A stretch of DNA of 64,000 bases, taken from NCBI GenBank assembly GCA_964550955.1, contig CAZKAF010000001.1:238728-302727 (forward strand), written 5' to 3'. This document shows positions 1-9,914 of the stretch, piece by piece; position 1 is the first letter of the stretch; the number at the start of each line of letters is the position of its first letter. The notes beneath the pieces are model-generated. The model saw only the letters and a list, made by a program, of their open reading frames with translations, was not told where the DNA came from and did no database searches. Source of the DNA: an uncultured Candidatus Saccharibacteria bacterium. GTDB taxonomy: Bacteria > Patescibacteriota > Minisyncoccia > Phycocordibacterales > CAIZLB01. The position numbers and the translations under genes are program-made.

Positions 1-1605
1 GGCTATCTTCTGCAATTGGCCCTGCGATGGCTCGACGCCATCTTCGAATTCCCTGCTGACCTGCTGCTTGTATCCCTGCGGATATTCGTTGATGAATTCG
101 TCCGCGCCGGAGAGAAGCGCCGATTCCACGGCTTTGGCAGAGTCAATTTCGCCGTCAGGCAGTCCCATGGCAATGGCTCCTTCGATGCTGAACTCGTGGA
201 GGCTGTACTGCTGAAGAAGGACGGAGAGCGTCGCTGACCATCTTTGCGTAGGCAAGTCGCGGAGATCCGTTCCGTCTATGAGAATCGCCCCTTCCGTCGG
301 GTCGTATACGCGCATGAGGAGCTTTATGAGCGTGGACTTTCCCGCGCCATTTTGTCCCACCATGCCGATTTTCTCGCCCGGACGTATTTCAAAATTCAGA
401 TCCTTGAAGACCCAAGGGCTCGTTTCGGGATTTTTTGACGGATACTTGAAGCTGACGTTCCTGAATTCGACATGAGGCGGCTTCGAGAAAGGAACGCTGT
501 CAGTTTCGCCCCGCGAATCGGCCGCCTTGATGCTCTCGAGAATCCTTGGCGCCGTGTCGAACACCTCGAATATGTCTTTCACCGTGAGGCTCTTCTTGTA
601 CTGCGCCGCTATGTCCGTCAGGAAGCCGTTTATCGTCGCTACCAGGCTTTGCAGCGAATACACCGCGAATACGAGCGTGCCGGGAAGGATGTTTCCGACG
701 AGCACTTCGGCGATGACTTGATAGATGGCATATCCGATGCCGAGGGCCATGATCATGTTCGCGCCGATTCCGAGCCAGAGGCGCTTCTTGTCGGCGTTAA
801 GCTGGTCGGACAGGAAGGCGCTCATGATGCCGGTGATGGTCGTCAGGATCTTGTTCGAAGCCTGAAGCATCTTCGTCTGGATGATGTTCCGCTTGCCCTG
901 GATATGGTCTCGGAGGGCGTAATACTGCCTCTGCCTGACGCTGTTCTCGCTCCAGATTCCCCACATGTTGTAGCTGTATTTGAGCTCGATGACGAAATTC
1001 GGGATGGCCGAAAGCAAGCTTATGATGAGAAGCGAGGGGCTGATGCTGAAAACGATGGCGCTGGCCGCGATGATTCCGACGATATTTCCGATATTTCTGA
1101 TCTGGCCGAGCGCCAGCGAGTGCAGCGGCCATGTTCCCGTGTCGAACGCCCTGTTCATCAGGTTCTGGAATTCCGGGTCCTCGTAGTGGGCAATGTCCAG
1201 GCCGGCCTTTTTCTTGAGCGTGTACATGTCGAGCTGATGGTCCGCGGTGAGGTCCCATCTCTTGCTGATGTAGTTGCTCAATTCCCTGAAGATCGAGGAG
1301 ACGACCATGACGAGGACGTAGAGAAGGATGAATCCGAGTATGTACGTAATCGGGACGGTCGAGCCGTCAGGCAGGGGCTTCAGCGCCTCGGTTATCTCAT
1401 TGATGATTTTTCCGAAGAGGCCGTTCTGGATGAGCGGGAAAAATTCAAGCGATACGGTAATCACGATTAGCTGGATCGTCAGTTTTGGGGCCAGCTTCAG
1501 GCATAGCAAAAAGGCCCGCTTGACTGACTTGAGCAGGACGCGAAGGCTGGCTTTCGGCTTCGCCGCGGATTTCGAGTCAGAAGATTTTGATTTAGCTTCG
1601 GTCAT
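1..1605 (-). CDS. ABC transporter ATP-binding/permease (MsbA-like exporter), partial; 3' end runs off window
   Basis: My own reverse-strand translation starts MTEAKSKSS at 1605 and runs to the window edge without a stop. N-terminal TM region, then Walker A GQNGAGKST and an ABC signature region. Plus-strand ORFs here are antisense shadows. Confidence 0.85.
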   Translation of the reverse strand, partial: MTEAKSKSSDSKSAAKPKASLRVLLKSVKRAFLLCLKLAPKLTIQLIVITVSLEFFPLIQNGLFGKIINEITEALKPLPDGSTVPITYILGFILLYVLVMVVSSIFRELSNYISKRWDLTADHQLDMYTLKKKAGLDIAHYEDPEFQNLMNRAFDTGTWPLHSLALGQIRNIGNIVGIIAASAIVFSISPSLLIISLLSAIPNFVIELKYSYNMWGIWSENSVRQRQYYALRDHIQGKRNIIQTKMLQASNKILTTITGIMSAFLSDQLNADKKRLWLGIGANMIMALGIGYAIYQVIAEVLVGNILPGTLVFAVYSLQSLVATINGFLTDIAAQYKKSLTVKDIFEVFDTAPRILESIKAADSRGETDSVPFSKPPHVEFRNVSFKYPSKNPETSPWVFKDLNFEIRPGEKIGMVGQNGAGKSTLIKLLMRVYDPTEGAILIDGTDLRDLPTQRWSATLSVLLQQYSLHEFSIEGAIAMGLPDGEIDSAKAVESALLSGADEFINEYPQGYKQQVSREFEDGVEPSQGQLQKIA

Positions 1606-1804
1606 AATTTGGGCGGTATTGAGAATTTTAAGAAATGTCCCGAATTTTGAGTTTATGAAAAATCGACCTATTCAACCACTGACGGATGAGCCGCCAAGGC
1701 ATTACAGAATCAGGGCATGGATCAAAAGTCATTAATTTGCCAATTTAGCCTCCGCCCCTCCCTGCGCCGTCATAGCTTCAGCTCATGAGCCTGTCGGAGG
1801 GGTG

Positions 1805-2917
1805 CTACACGATGAGTCCGACAGCCTTCCTGACCTGATGCACGAGCGGATGCGTCTTTTCCCGCATGATGGCGCCATTTTGAGCCAAAAGGGTCCTGAC
1901 GGCGTCCTTGTCCTTTGCTATCTCGTCCCGGCGAGCTCGAAGCGGCGTTATGAAGGCGATAAGGTCATCGGCCAGCGCATCCTTCAGCGGCTTGTACTTC
2001 CCTTCGGTGCTTCTATAGAAAGATTTGAGGGATTCCTCATCCTTGAGATATGCCTTTCCGGCCGCGATCAGGTCCGCGTTGCCGATAAGGAGCTTGTGGA
2101 TGCCGAATACGTTCGCCGGGATTCCAGCCGTGTCCGCGGGAGTCGCAAGGGTCGCGTCCCCTCCGCCGTGTCCGCTCCCCGCGGCAGGCGCTCCCGAGTC
2201 GGTGACGATGGACGCGACAAGCTTTCTGATCTCGTCGTCCTCAGAGAAGAGCGGGATGTGGTTGCCATAGCTCTTGCTCATCTTCCGTCCGTCAATGCCG
2301 GGGACAGTCTCGACTTCGGCAAGAATGACCGGCTCCGGAAGCCTGAAAATCGCCTGGTCCTCCTCGTAGCTCTTGCCGTCGCCGCAGAAAATCCTGTTGA
2401 ATTTTTCAGCAGTGTCCCGTGCGAACTCCACATGCTGCTTCTGATCCTTTCCGACCGGCACGACATTGGCATTTTGAATGAGAATGTCGGCGGCCATGAG
2501 CATCGGATAATCGAACACCCCGACATTGATTTCCTTGTTCTTGGCTTCCGCGTCCTTGAAGGCATGCGCCCGCATAAGGTACGGCATGGTGGTGATGCAA
2601 TTGAAAATCCATGTGAGCTCCGTCAGTTCCGGAAGGTCCGACTGCTTGAAGATGGTCACGTGCTGCGGGTCAAGGCCGATGGCCAGATAGTCGATGGCAA
2701 GGTCGAGCGTCGACTCCGCAAGTTCGGGACCATTCTGGACGCTCGTAAGCGAGTGCAGATCCGCGATGAAGATTCGCGAATCTACCTCCTCGCCCTGCAT
2801 GTCTAGGTACTGTTTCATGGCGCCGAAATAGTTGCCGATATGAGGCCGGCCCGTGGATTTCACGCCCGAGAGGAGCACTTTTTTATGGGAAATATTTTGC
2901 GCGTCGTTTTGAGTCAT
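1805..2917 (-). CDS. trpS: tryptophanyl-tRNA synthetase
   Basis: HIGH-type motif TGRPHIGNY, KMSKS motif present, class I Rossmann core. 370 aa with a Gly/Ala-rich insertion after KMSKS. Confidence 0.9.
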   Translation of the reverse strand: MTQNDAQNISHKKVLLSGVKSTGRPHIGNYFGAMKQYLDMQGEEVDSRIFIADLHSLTSVQNGPELAESTLDLAIDYLAIGLDPQHVTIFKQSDLPELTELTWIFNCITTMPYLMRAHAFKDAEAKNKEINVGVFDYPMLMAADILIQNANVVPVGKDQKQHVEFARDTAEKFNRIFCGDGKSYEEDQAIFRLPEPVILAEVETVPGIDGRKMSKSYGNHIPLFSEDDEIRKLVASIVTDSGAPAAGSGHGGGDATLATPADTAGIPANVFGIHKLLIGNADLIAAGKAYLKDEESLKSFYRSTEGKYKPLKDALADDLIAFITPLRARRDEIAKDKDAVRTLLAQNGAIMREKTHPLVHQVRKAVGLIV

Positions 2918-3020
2918 GATGGCAACATTGTAGCAGATTTGACGGAATTATTCGAGCTAGCGTGTTTAATCATGCAAAGCAAATACTCAGGCTTGAGGGC
3001 TTAAGTAAGCATGAAATTAA

Positions 3021-3066
3021 AATAAAAAAACCGGCCTCGACAGATGTTGAATCTGCGAGACCGGGT
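3021..3066 (-). terminator. putative rho-independent terminator downstream of hydrolase gene
   Basis: Imperfect 9-bp stem (3031-3039 / 3056-3064) with a 16-nt loop, followed on the minus strand by a T7 run (plus-strand A-run 3023-3030). Confidence 0.4.
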
Positions 3067-3088
3067 GATGTGGAAGCCCGAGAGAGCT

Positions 3089-3919
3089 TCAGGCTGCGGC
3101 TGGAACCAGCTTTGCCGGGACCATGGCCTCCGGACGCTCGCTTGCCGAGTCTGTCGCCAGATAGTCGGCGGCAATCACTTGCTGGAGCAGGTTTGCCAGG
3201 GCCTCCTGCTTCTCCCCGACGAACATTCCAAGGTGGCTGGCATCTTTGAACGGAACGTACGTCGCGCCAAGCCGGCCGGCGGTCTTTCTCGAGACGAACT
3301 CGGGAATCATCCGGTCGGAGTAGCCATCGCCGCCGATGACGACGATTTCAATCCCGGCAAGCTTTCTCTTCCAGTTGAAGAAAAGCGGCCAGAGCCACGG
3401 GCACAGGAAGCTGAAAGTATTCTCCGCAATAAGCCGCGGGAACCACTCTTTCGCATGCTGCTCATGGAATGAGCCTTGCTTGTCGCCGGGCGTGTCAGGC
3501 CCGAACATGAGCCTGTCGCTGTCTTTCCGGTCGAGCCTGAATGGTTTCGCCCACGGCAGGCATTTAAGCCAGTACCGCGGGTTCTTCATCATCTGCCAGA
3601 CAAGATAGACAGGCATCATCGTTCCCAAAAGCGGGGGCGGTGCCAGCAGGACGATTTTCCTCGTCCGCGAGACTCCCATGCTCATGAGATGCAGGGCGTG
3701 GAAGAGCGCTACCAGGCATCCGGCCGAATGTCCCATGACGACGCCATGGTTCATTCCCTCGGTTCCGGTAAGCCCTTCCGCGCGCTGCGCCGCCTGCTTC
3801 CGAAAGCTGGAGTCAAGCAGCGGGATGCATAAGAATAATTCCTGCCATTTGCCAAGAAGCAGGTTTCCCATGTTCTGGCATCCTTGCCCCGTAAAGAAGG
3901 CAATCTGTTTGATATTCAT
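3089..3919 (-). CDS. alpha/beta-fold serine hydrolase (GHSAG nucleophile elbow)
   Basis: GHSAG motif and a C-terminal DASHLG (Asp/His) consistent with a catalytic triad. The N-terminal FFTGQGCQ is faintly FabD/acyltransferase-like. Confidence 0.5.
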   Translation of the reverse strand: MNIKQIAFFTGQGCQNMGNLLLGKWQELFLCIPLLDSSFRKQAAQRAEGLTGTEGMNHGVVMGHSAGCLVALFHALHLMSMGVSRTRKIVLLAPPPLLGTMMPVYLVWQMMKNPRYWLKCLPWAKPFRLDRKDSDRLMFGPDTPGDKQGSFHEQHAKEWFPRLIAENTFSFLCPWLWPLFFNWKRKLAGIEIVVIGGDGYSDRMIPEFVSRKTAGRLGATYVPFKDASHLGMFVGEKQEALANLLQQVIAADYLATDSASERPEAMVPAKLVPAAA

Positions 3920-4121
3920 AAAGAACGGTAGTTTGCTGAGTTTTGGTTTCTGAGTGATCTCAATGGCCGTTTTGCCATCAGACGTTACGTGTAAATTATA
4001 TCACATAACGAGCATAAGTGCAAATACTGCGTTGCGAATCCATGCCCTGAGCGACGCTGCGCAAGGATGAGGCGGAGGCCCCCCTATGGCCCCTGACCAG
4101 CCGGCCCTTCAGTCAGTGCGC

Positions 4122-5750
4122 CTATTCTCCCCTTTTCCCCAGCAGCTCAAGCTCAATGTTGAAAGTGGATCCCTTGTTCGGCCCCGGCGATTCCGCCCAA
4201 ATTCTTCCATGATGCGCCTCGATCATCTTCTTGGCCACGTATAATCCGAGTCCCGTGCCCATTATGTTCGTCTTGGACGCGTCCGGCGCCCGCGTGTATT
4301 TCGAGAAAAGATGCGGAAGAACGTCGAAATGGATCCCAACTCCGGTATCGGTGATGGATATGAGCGCTGTCCTCGTCGTGTTCTGCTTGACTGATACGCG
4401 GATGCCGCCTTGAGGAGTGTACTTGATGGAGTTGTCGATTATGTTGCTTATCACCTGCTTGATCTTTCCGTAGTCCGCGTTTACCAGGAAAAAGCCCTCC
4501 TCCTGCATGTGGTGCATGAATTGGAGATTCGCCTTTTCGAAGTTGGGCTGAAGCTGGGTGGTCACTTCCTCGACGAGGCTCCTGATGTCGAAGACGGTGA
4601 AGTCGTATTGCATCTTTCCCTGCTCTATGCTGGAGACGTCAAGATAGTCGCCGACGATTGTCACCAAGCCCTGGGCGGATTCGAATATCTTCTGGACCGC
4701 CTCCGTCTGGCTGCCGTCCATCTCGCCGAAGTCACCCTCGAGCACCATGGACGAATAGCCCTTGATGGCGGCGAGCGGCCCCCGGAGCTGATGGCTGGCG
4801 AGCGACACGAACTCGGACTTCTGGCCGTCGAGCAATATCAGCTGCCTGTTCACCTCCTCGAGATTGCTCGCGAGCTTTTCGATCTCGTTGCGGGCCTTGA
4901 TTTCCTGCCGCACGCTTCGGATGAGGAATATTCCGATCACGATAGTCGGTATGAGCAGGATGAAGTTGCCTATCTGCTCGTTGGTGTCGCTGGCGATGAG
5001 CGCCCTGAGGAAGATGAAAAGCCAGAGAGTGAAGGTAAAGAGCTCCACCGTGATTATTTTCGTGTCAAAAAGGCGCTGCTTGAAAACGGCATAGAGAATG
5101 ATCATCACGAGGGCGAGGCCGAAGATGGGGCCGGCCCAGACGTACACGTAGGTGTAGATGGGCAGGAGCAGGTTGAAATATACCCCGAAGATGTACGGGA
5201 CGATCGTTCCGAGAATCATGAACTTGAGCTGGCTCTTGAGCACGGGGTCCGACTTGAACTTGAAGTACGAGCGGATGAGGTTTATATACGCCCATATGAG
5301 CACGCCGACTATGTATATGCCGTAAAGGATGTAGCTCCCGAATGAGATGGTCACGCTTTTCGGATCCGTCATCTGCACGGATTCGATGATGAAGCCGTCT
5401 ATGATCAGTATGGCCAGGGACAGCGTCAGGAAGACGGACAGGCCGCCTATCTGATATGCTCTCGAAACCCGCCTGTTTTTGGGAAATGAGAGCGAGAAGA
5501 ACCAGAAGAAAAGCGGGATTCCTGCCGCGGCTATGTAGTAGAGCTTCACGAACATCATCGCGGTTTCCGGAGTTCCGGCGATGCTGAAGAACGCCAGTCC
5601 GTAAGACCAGAAGCAGATGGAGAGGATGAGGAATGCGAAGCAGAACGACGTGAAGTCCCTGTTCAGGTCTTTCTTTCCTTTTATGATGTAGTACCCCAAA
5701 TACGAGGTGATGATCGATACGATGAAAAGAAAGATGCTGGAGGTTTCCAT
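4122..5750 (-). CDS. sensor histidine kinase, N-terminal 7-TM (HisKA_7TM-like) domain
   Basis: About 270 aa of multi-TM region, then H-box SLASHQLRGPL and HATPase_c G-box GTGLGLYVAKKMIEAHHGRIWAES. Confidence 0.85.
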   Translation of the reverse strand: METSSIFLFIVSIITSYLGYYIIKGKKDLNRDFTSFCFAFLILSICFWSYGLAFFSIAGTPETAMMFVKLYYIAAAGIPLFFWFFSLSFPKNRRVSRAYQIGGLSVFLTLSLAILIIDGFIIESVQMTDPKSVTISFGSYILYGIYIVGVLIWAYINLIRSYFKFKSDPVLKSQLKFMILGTIVPYIFGVYFNLLLPIYTYVYVWAGPIFGLALVMIILYAVFKQRLFDTKIITVELFTFTLWLFIFLRALIASDTNEQIGNFILLIPTIVIGIFLIRSVRQEIKARNEIEKLASNLEEVNRQLILLDGQKSEFVSLASHQLRGPLAAIKGYSSMVLEGDFGEMDGSQTEAVQKIFESAQGLVTIVGDYLDVSSIEQGKMQYDFTVFDIRSLVEEVTTQLQPNFEKANLQFMHHMQEEGFFLVNADYGKIKQVISNIIDNSIKYTPQGGIRVSVKQNTTRTALISITDTGVGIHFDVLPHLFSKYTRAPDASKTNIMGTGLGLYVAKKMIEAHHGRIWAESPGPNKGSTFNIELELLGKRGE

Positions 5751-5821
5751 GTGTTGTCGGAGTTTTTAGTATATATCAAGATGCGAATTTTGGGATGTGG
5801 ATTGGCGGCAATGCCGCGGTC

Positions 5822-6139
5822 TCATGCGCGAGACTGCTTTGATTCTGGCTGGTACAATCTTTTGTTGAACTGGTAGTTTTCTTCTTTCTGTTCGGCCCAT
5901 CTTCTGTCGGATGATTCCGCATGCATTTTGAGGGCTTCGGCCACCATTCTGATTTCGCCTTTCAAGCTTTCGCCGAGCGCGCCGATATGTCGCTCGAATT
6001 CCCGTCTTTGCGTCTCGAACAGCACGTAAAAAGCTTGCTTGAATTCGCTCATTTCATCCTTGAAATCAATAAATTCTCCCCGGGTCACTGGTTCAGAAAG
6101 GCTTGCCGTATTTTGCTTCGAATTCGTTTTATCTGCCAT
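5822..6139 (-). CDS. hypothetical small charged/coiled-coil protein between two kinase paralogs
   Basis: 105-aa ORF, hydrophilic and helix-prone; no recognisable motif. Confidence 0.4.
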   Translation of the reverse strand: MADKTNSKQNTASLSEPVTRGEFIDFKDEMSEFKQAFYVLFETQRREFERHIGALGESLKGEIRMVAEALKMHAESSDRRWAEQKEENYQFNKRLYQPESKQSRA

Positions 6140-6288
6140 AATTTATACATATCTGTTATCGGATATGGAAAAAGTCTATCAGACTGACATGAAGAAAAGG
6201 TAAAATAAAGCTCAAGTTATACTTGCTCGGAAGATAAAACTAGGCAGGATAAAAAGCTTGCCGCGCGCGGGCATTTCCGTGCCGAACT

Positions 6289-7947
6289 CTAATTTATGAT
6301 TTGCCTGCTCGTTATCTCGCCGTCGTTCAGGATGGCCGGATCATTCGGATTCCTCGGGTCGACCTTGACTTGGTTGAGCTCGATGAAGAACGTCGAGCCC
6401 TTGCCGACTCCGGCCGATTCGGCCCATATCTGGCCCTGGTGAGCCTCTATCATCTTTTTAGCTACATACAGCCCAAGGCCGGTACCCATGATGTTCGTAC
6501 GCGAAGCGTCGGGCGCTCGGGTGAATTTCTCGAAAAGCCTCGGAAGAATTTCCGGATGGATGCCGACGCCGCTGTCGCTGATCGAGATGAGGATCTTTCC
6601 GGGCTTGTTGTTCGTCAGCCAGACGTGGATGCCGCCCTTTGGGGTGTACTTGATGGAATTGTCTATCAGGTTGCTGATTACCTGCTTTATTTTCCCCTGA
6701 TCGGCATTGACCTTGAACATGCCGGACATGTCGTAGTCGAAATCTATGGTCAATTTTGCCAAGTCCACGTTCGGCCGCAGTTCCGTCACGACGGTTCCGA
6801 CTATGTCGCGGGCGTCGAAGGTGCTGAAATCGTACTGCATCCTGCCCTGCTCGATTCTCGACACGTCGAGATAGTCCCCCACGAGAATTACCAGGTCCTG
6901 CGTGGACTTGAAGATCTTCTCGATGGCCTCCTTGACGCTGTCCCTGATCTCGCCGAAATCCCCGTCAAGAAGCATCGACGCGTAGCCTTTCACGGCCGTG
7001 AGGGGTCCTCGGAGCTGATGGCTGGCGAGCGACACGAACTCGGACTTCTGCTGGTCGAGTTCCCGGAGGCGCTCGTTGGTTTTTTCAAGTTCCTGCGCAA
7101 GGTTTTCAATTTTTTGCCGAGCCTTCACTTCCTCATTGATGCTTCGCACGAGAAGCAAGCTGAAGAAAGTGACGCACATGAAAATGATGAAGTTCGTAAT
7201 CCATTGGCTTATTTCCTCAGACCGGAGGACATTGAAGAGGAACACCATCACGAGAGCCGCTGAGAATATCTGCGCTGAAATGACCTTTGTGCTCAGAAGC
7301 TTGTATCGCAGTACCCCGTACACCATGAACACGATGAAGAGAATCACGAGGTAGTTTCCGTAAGGATACACATTAAAGTATTGTGGGAAGAAGTTCGTCG
7401 ATCCTCCGACGTATCCGAGAAGGCCTGCGATCATCGTGTTACGGATTTGTCCCCGGGCCATCTTGTTTCCCCACTGCTCAATCAATTTATAAACGAGGAT
7501 AATTGAGGCAATGACCCCGTGAATTCCGAAATATACCGGGAATATAAAATAGTAAGGACCCGGATTAATCCAGAAGAAGTCAAATTTTGGAACGACGCCC
7601 ACCTTGAAGAAGGGCGTGAAGCTGAAAACTGCCAAGATGCCAGCTATTGCCAAGAAGAAAATTCTCCAATTCCCGTTTTTAAACTTGAATAGTTCTGATA
7701 TGAAGATAAAATAAAGCGCCGGAAGAAATATTGCAGCGAGATCAAGAATATACTGCCAAACAAGGGCTATGTTTTGAGAGCTTGTCGACGTTACTCCGTA
7801 CAAGCCCAGTGCCCAGACTGAGAAAGATATCGATGAATACAGCCAGGCCTTGCTGACGCGATTGTGCTTGTCAGCTCTATAAACTATCAAACTGAAAAAG
7901 ATACTACTGAGACTCAATATGAGACTTGATGTACTGAACAGATTCAT
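6289..7947 (-). CDS. sensor histidine kinase, 7-TM N-terminal domain (paralog of 4122-5750)
   Basis: Same architecture: H-box SLASHQLRGPL and G-box GTGLGLYVAKKMIEAHQGQIWAES. Shares a 41-nt identical patch with the paralog. Start overlaps the stop of the upstream HAD gene by 44 nt, so the true start may differ. Confidence 0.85.
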   Translation of the reverse strand: MNLFSTSSLILSLSSIFFSLIVYRADKHNRVSKAWLYSSISFSVWALGLYGVTSTSSQNIALVWQYILDLAAIFLPALYFIFISELFKFKNGNWRIFFLAIAGILAVFSFTPFFKVGVVPKFDFFWINPGPYYFIFPVYFGIHGVIASIILVYKLIEQWGNKMARGQIRNTMIAGLLGYVGGSTNFFPQYFNVYPYGNYLVILFIVFMVYGVLRYKLLSTKVISAQIFSAALVMVFLFNVLRSEEISQWITNFIIFMCVTFFSLLLVRSINEEVKARQKIENLAQELEKTNERLRELDQQKSEFVSLASHQLRGPLTAVKGYASMLLDGDFGEIRDSVKEAIEKIFKSTQDLVILVGDYLDVSRIEQGRMQYDFSTFDARDIVGTVVTELRPNVDLAKLTIDFDYDMSGMFKVNADQGKIKQVISNLIDNSIKYTPKGGIHVWLTNNKPGKILISISDSGVGIHPEILPRLFEKFTRAPDASRTNIMGTGLGLYVAKKMIEAHQGQIWAESAGVGKGSTFFIELNQVKVDPRNPNDPAILNDGEITSRQIIN

Positions 7948-8611
7948 TTTTATCTAAGTATATCATATCGATTTTATTTTCAATTCCCCATTTCCTCATG
8001 GCTGATGCGGGGTTTGCGATAAATGCCTTGTCGGCAGAGAGCAGAAGATCCTGGTCGGAAATATGATCCGCAAGGGCCAACGTGTAAGCGCCTCCTGGAT
8101 ACTTTAAAGCAATGTAGTTTTCGGACTTAACTTTTTTCTGTTCGCCGTAAACCTGATTATCTATGACGTGCCCCGTATATTTTCCCAAACCATCGAGCTC
8201 GACTTGAGTGCAAATGTAATCGTCGGTTTTAAGCCTTTTTGAAATTATCTTGACAATCGGCTCTACCGCGGTTGAAAGTAGTACTGTCGTGTAGCCCTCT
8301 GACTTAAGCGTTGATATGGCCTCTTCACTGAACTTGTACAGTTTTGGCAGAATGCATTCCTCATAAAATCGATCCATCATCGCGTCAATTTTTGCATTTT
8401 CGACTCCTTTGAAGTTCCTCAGGGTAAAATTCAAGATGCGACCTGTATTGCTAGCAAGACCCGCTTTGTAGAGACCGAACCAGGTGAAGATGAGCGTAAA
8501 GTCAAAAAAACTCAAGAAGCCGGCTTTGTGCGTGAACTGTATGAAATATCTCTGGCTCTGCCCCTTTACGAGAGTTCCGTCAATGTCTATGAAAGCGACT
8601 TTATTCTTCAT
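7904..8611 (-). CDS. HAD-superfamily hydrolase (HAD-IB-like)
   Basis: N-terminal DIDGTL motif I and overall HAD fold pattern. Confidence 0.7.
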   Translation of the reverse strand: MKNKVAFIDIDGTLVKGQSQRYFIQFTHKAGFLSFFDFTLIFTWFGLYKAGLASNTGRILNFTLRNFKGVENAKIDAMMDRFYEECILPKLYKFSEEAISTLKSEGYTTVLLSTAVEPIVKIISKRLKTDDYICTQVELDGLGKYTGHVIDNQVYGEQKKVKSENYIALKYPGGAYTLALADHISDQDLLLSADKAFIANPASAMRKWGIENKIDMIYLDKNESVQYIKSHIESQ

Positions 8612-9278
8612 GATTTAGTTCGTAATGCGGATATTTTTTCCCTGACAGTCTTTCAATTTGCTTCATGACTTTCTCTGTCACGTATGTTCGAGCCTCCCTG
8701 TCGCTGTGATGCTCCCAGTGGTTTGGAAAATGCAGGGGGTGTCCTATATGAATTTCAATGCTCTTGATGAAATTAACTTTTTTGCCGTCTTTTGAAAGCA
8801 CCTCATGCGCACCCCTGATTCCCACAGGAATGATGGGTACTCGATGTTCCAGTGCGTATTTTGCTATACCTGTAAAAGCTTTCAGCATTTCATCCTTGAA
8901 TGGCGAGCGGGTTCCTTCCGGGAATATGCCCACCATGTGTCCTGCCTCCAAATGCTGCTTTACCCTGCTGTGCACGCCAGATTTGTCGTCCGCAGTCCTT
9001 TCTACTTTAATCTGCCCGCAAATAATCATCAATATTCTCCATAATTTGTGATTGAAGAACTTTTCAGCCGTCAAGAAATGGATATTTCGCGGCGCCACTA
9101 CGGCAAAAGTCAGAAAATCAAAAAAGCTCTGATGGTTCAAAGCAATTATGACCCCTCCTTTTTTTGGGATATTTTCCCTGCCTGTGACTTCTTTTACCCA
9201 AATTCCCTGCAGGATAGGCTTGAGTATAGTTCTTGTTATTCTGTAAGTTATCTTGGTCAGTCTGGAATGTGATTTCAT
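8601..9278 (-). CDS. 1-acyl-sn-glycerol-3-phosphate acyltransferase family (PlsC/LPLAT)
   Basis: NHQSFFD (HX4D) and FPEGTRS acyltransferase motifs. Confidence 0.75.
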   Translation of the reverse strand: MKSHSRLTKITYRITRTILKPILQGIWVKEVTGRENIPKKGGVIIALNHQSFFDFLTFAVVAPRNIHFLTAEKFFNHKLWRILMIICGQIKVERTADDKSGVHSRVKQHLEAGHMVGIFPEGTRSPFKDEMLKAFTGIAKYALEHRVPIIPVGIRGAHEVLSKDGKKVNFIKSIEIHIGHPLHFPNHWEHHSDREARTYVTEKVMKQIERLSGKKYPHYELNHEE

Positions 9279-9353
9279 GTATTGTGATTATATGCGAATC
9301 GCGTCGAAATTCAAAGCTTCAAATAGCTCAATTTGAATTTAACCTAGCGAGCT

Positions 9354-9905
9354 TTATTCCCTGATCATCTCCATTTCCGGTATGGACATGTGTCTCGCCT
9401 CCGTGAATCTTCTTCCGTTATCCTTGAAGCCGAGCTTCATATAAAAAGCTATTGCCTTCTTGTTGTAAGTGGCAACATGCACGATTGTTGGTTTTTCTCT
9501 GCCGGATAATTTTGAAAGCGCGAATTCCCACATCAAGGTTCCAATTCCCCGCCCTGTATGCTCCGGGAGTATGTATATTGACTGCATCTGATTCATTTCA
9601 GGCTTAAGCGACAGCGCGCAGAATCCGACAATCCGTTGCTGGAATTCGGCAACAACGGTAATGCTGCCCTTGGGGTTTTCAATAGAATCCTTTCTCAGCG
9701 CAATCGAATCTTCTGTAAAAGCCGGCTCTATCATTTTCTCGACGTCGCGCGTCATTATTCCATTTTTGCTATTTGGATAAGTGGCGATGAATGATTCCCT
9801 TATCACGTTCAAAATGCCGTCAGTATCTTCCGGCTTTGCCTCTCTTATGTAAATTTCCTGATCTTTGCTTTTCATTTTATAAAATGTCTCCCTGCCATGT
9901 TTCAT
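9354..9905 (-). CDS. GNAT family N-acetyltransferase
   Basis: Acetyl-CoA binding-like motif QRIVGF...GRGIGTLM; size about 180 aa. Confidence 0.7.
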   Translation of the reverse strand: MKHGRETFYKMKSKDQEIYIREAKPEDTDGILNVIRESFIATYPNSKNGIMTRDVEKMIEPAFTEDSIALRKDSIENPKGSITVVAEFQQRIVGFCALSLKPEMNQMQSIYILPEHTGRGIGTLMWEFALSKLSGREKPTIVHVATYNKKAIAFYMKLGFKDNGRRFTEARHMSIPEMEMIRE

Positions 9906-9914
9906 CGAAATACC

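Noticed and set aside
472-1470. Long plus-strand ORFs (472-1470, 1802-2806, 4410-5345, 6301-7263, 9942-10739, 16136-17188, 19648-20691, 26275-27369, 34743-35759, 43589-44461, 48118-49626, 53760-54716)
   Set aside because: Each lies antisense to a well-supported minus-strand gene with clear motifs (ABC Walker A, TrpRS, HKs, DnaK, PurF, NrdB and others). Their translations are Arg/Leu/Glu-rich shadow ORFs typical of GC-rich antisense strands.
3089-3919. Malonyl-CoA:ACP transacylase (FabD) call for the GHSAG protein
   Set aside because: FFTGQGCQ and GHSAG resemble the FabD motifs, but the protein is too short (276 aa) and the C-terminal half lacks FabD features. A generic alpha/beta serine hydrolase is the safer call.
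4122-7947. Tandem kinase genes as an assembly duplication artefact
   Set aside because: Outside the 41-nt identical patch the two genes differ at roughly one position in four and encode clearly diverged N-terminal 7TM domains, so they are true paralogs and not a collapsed or duplicated repeat.
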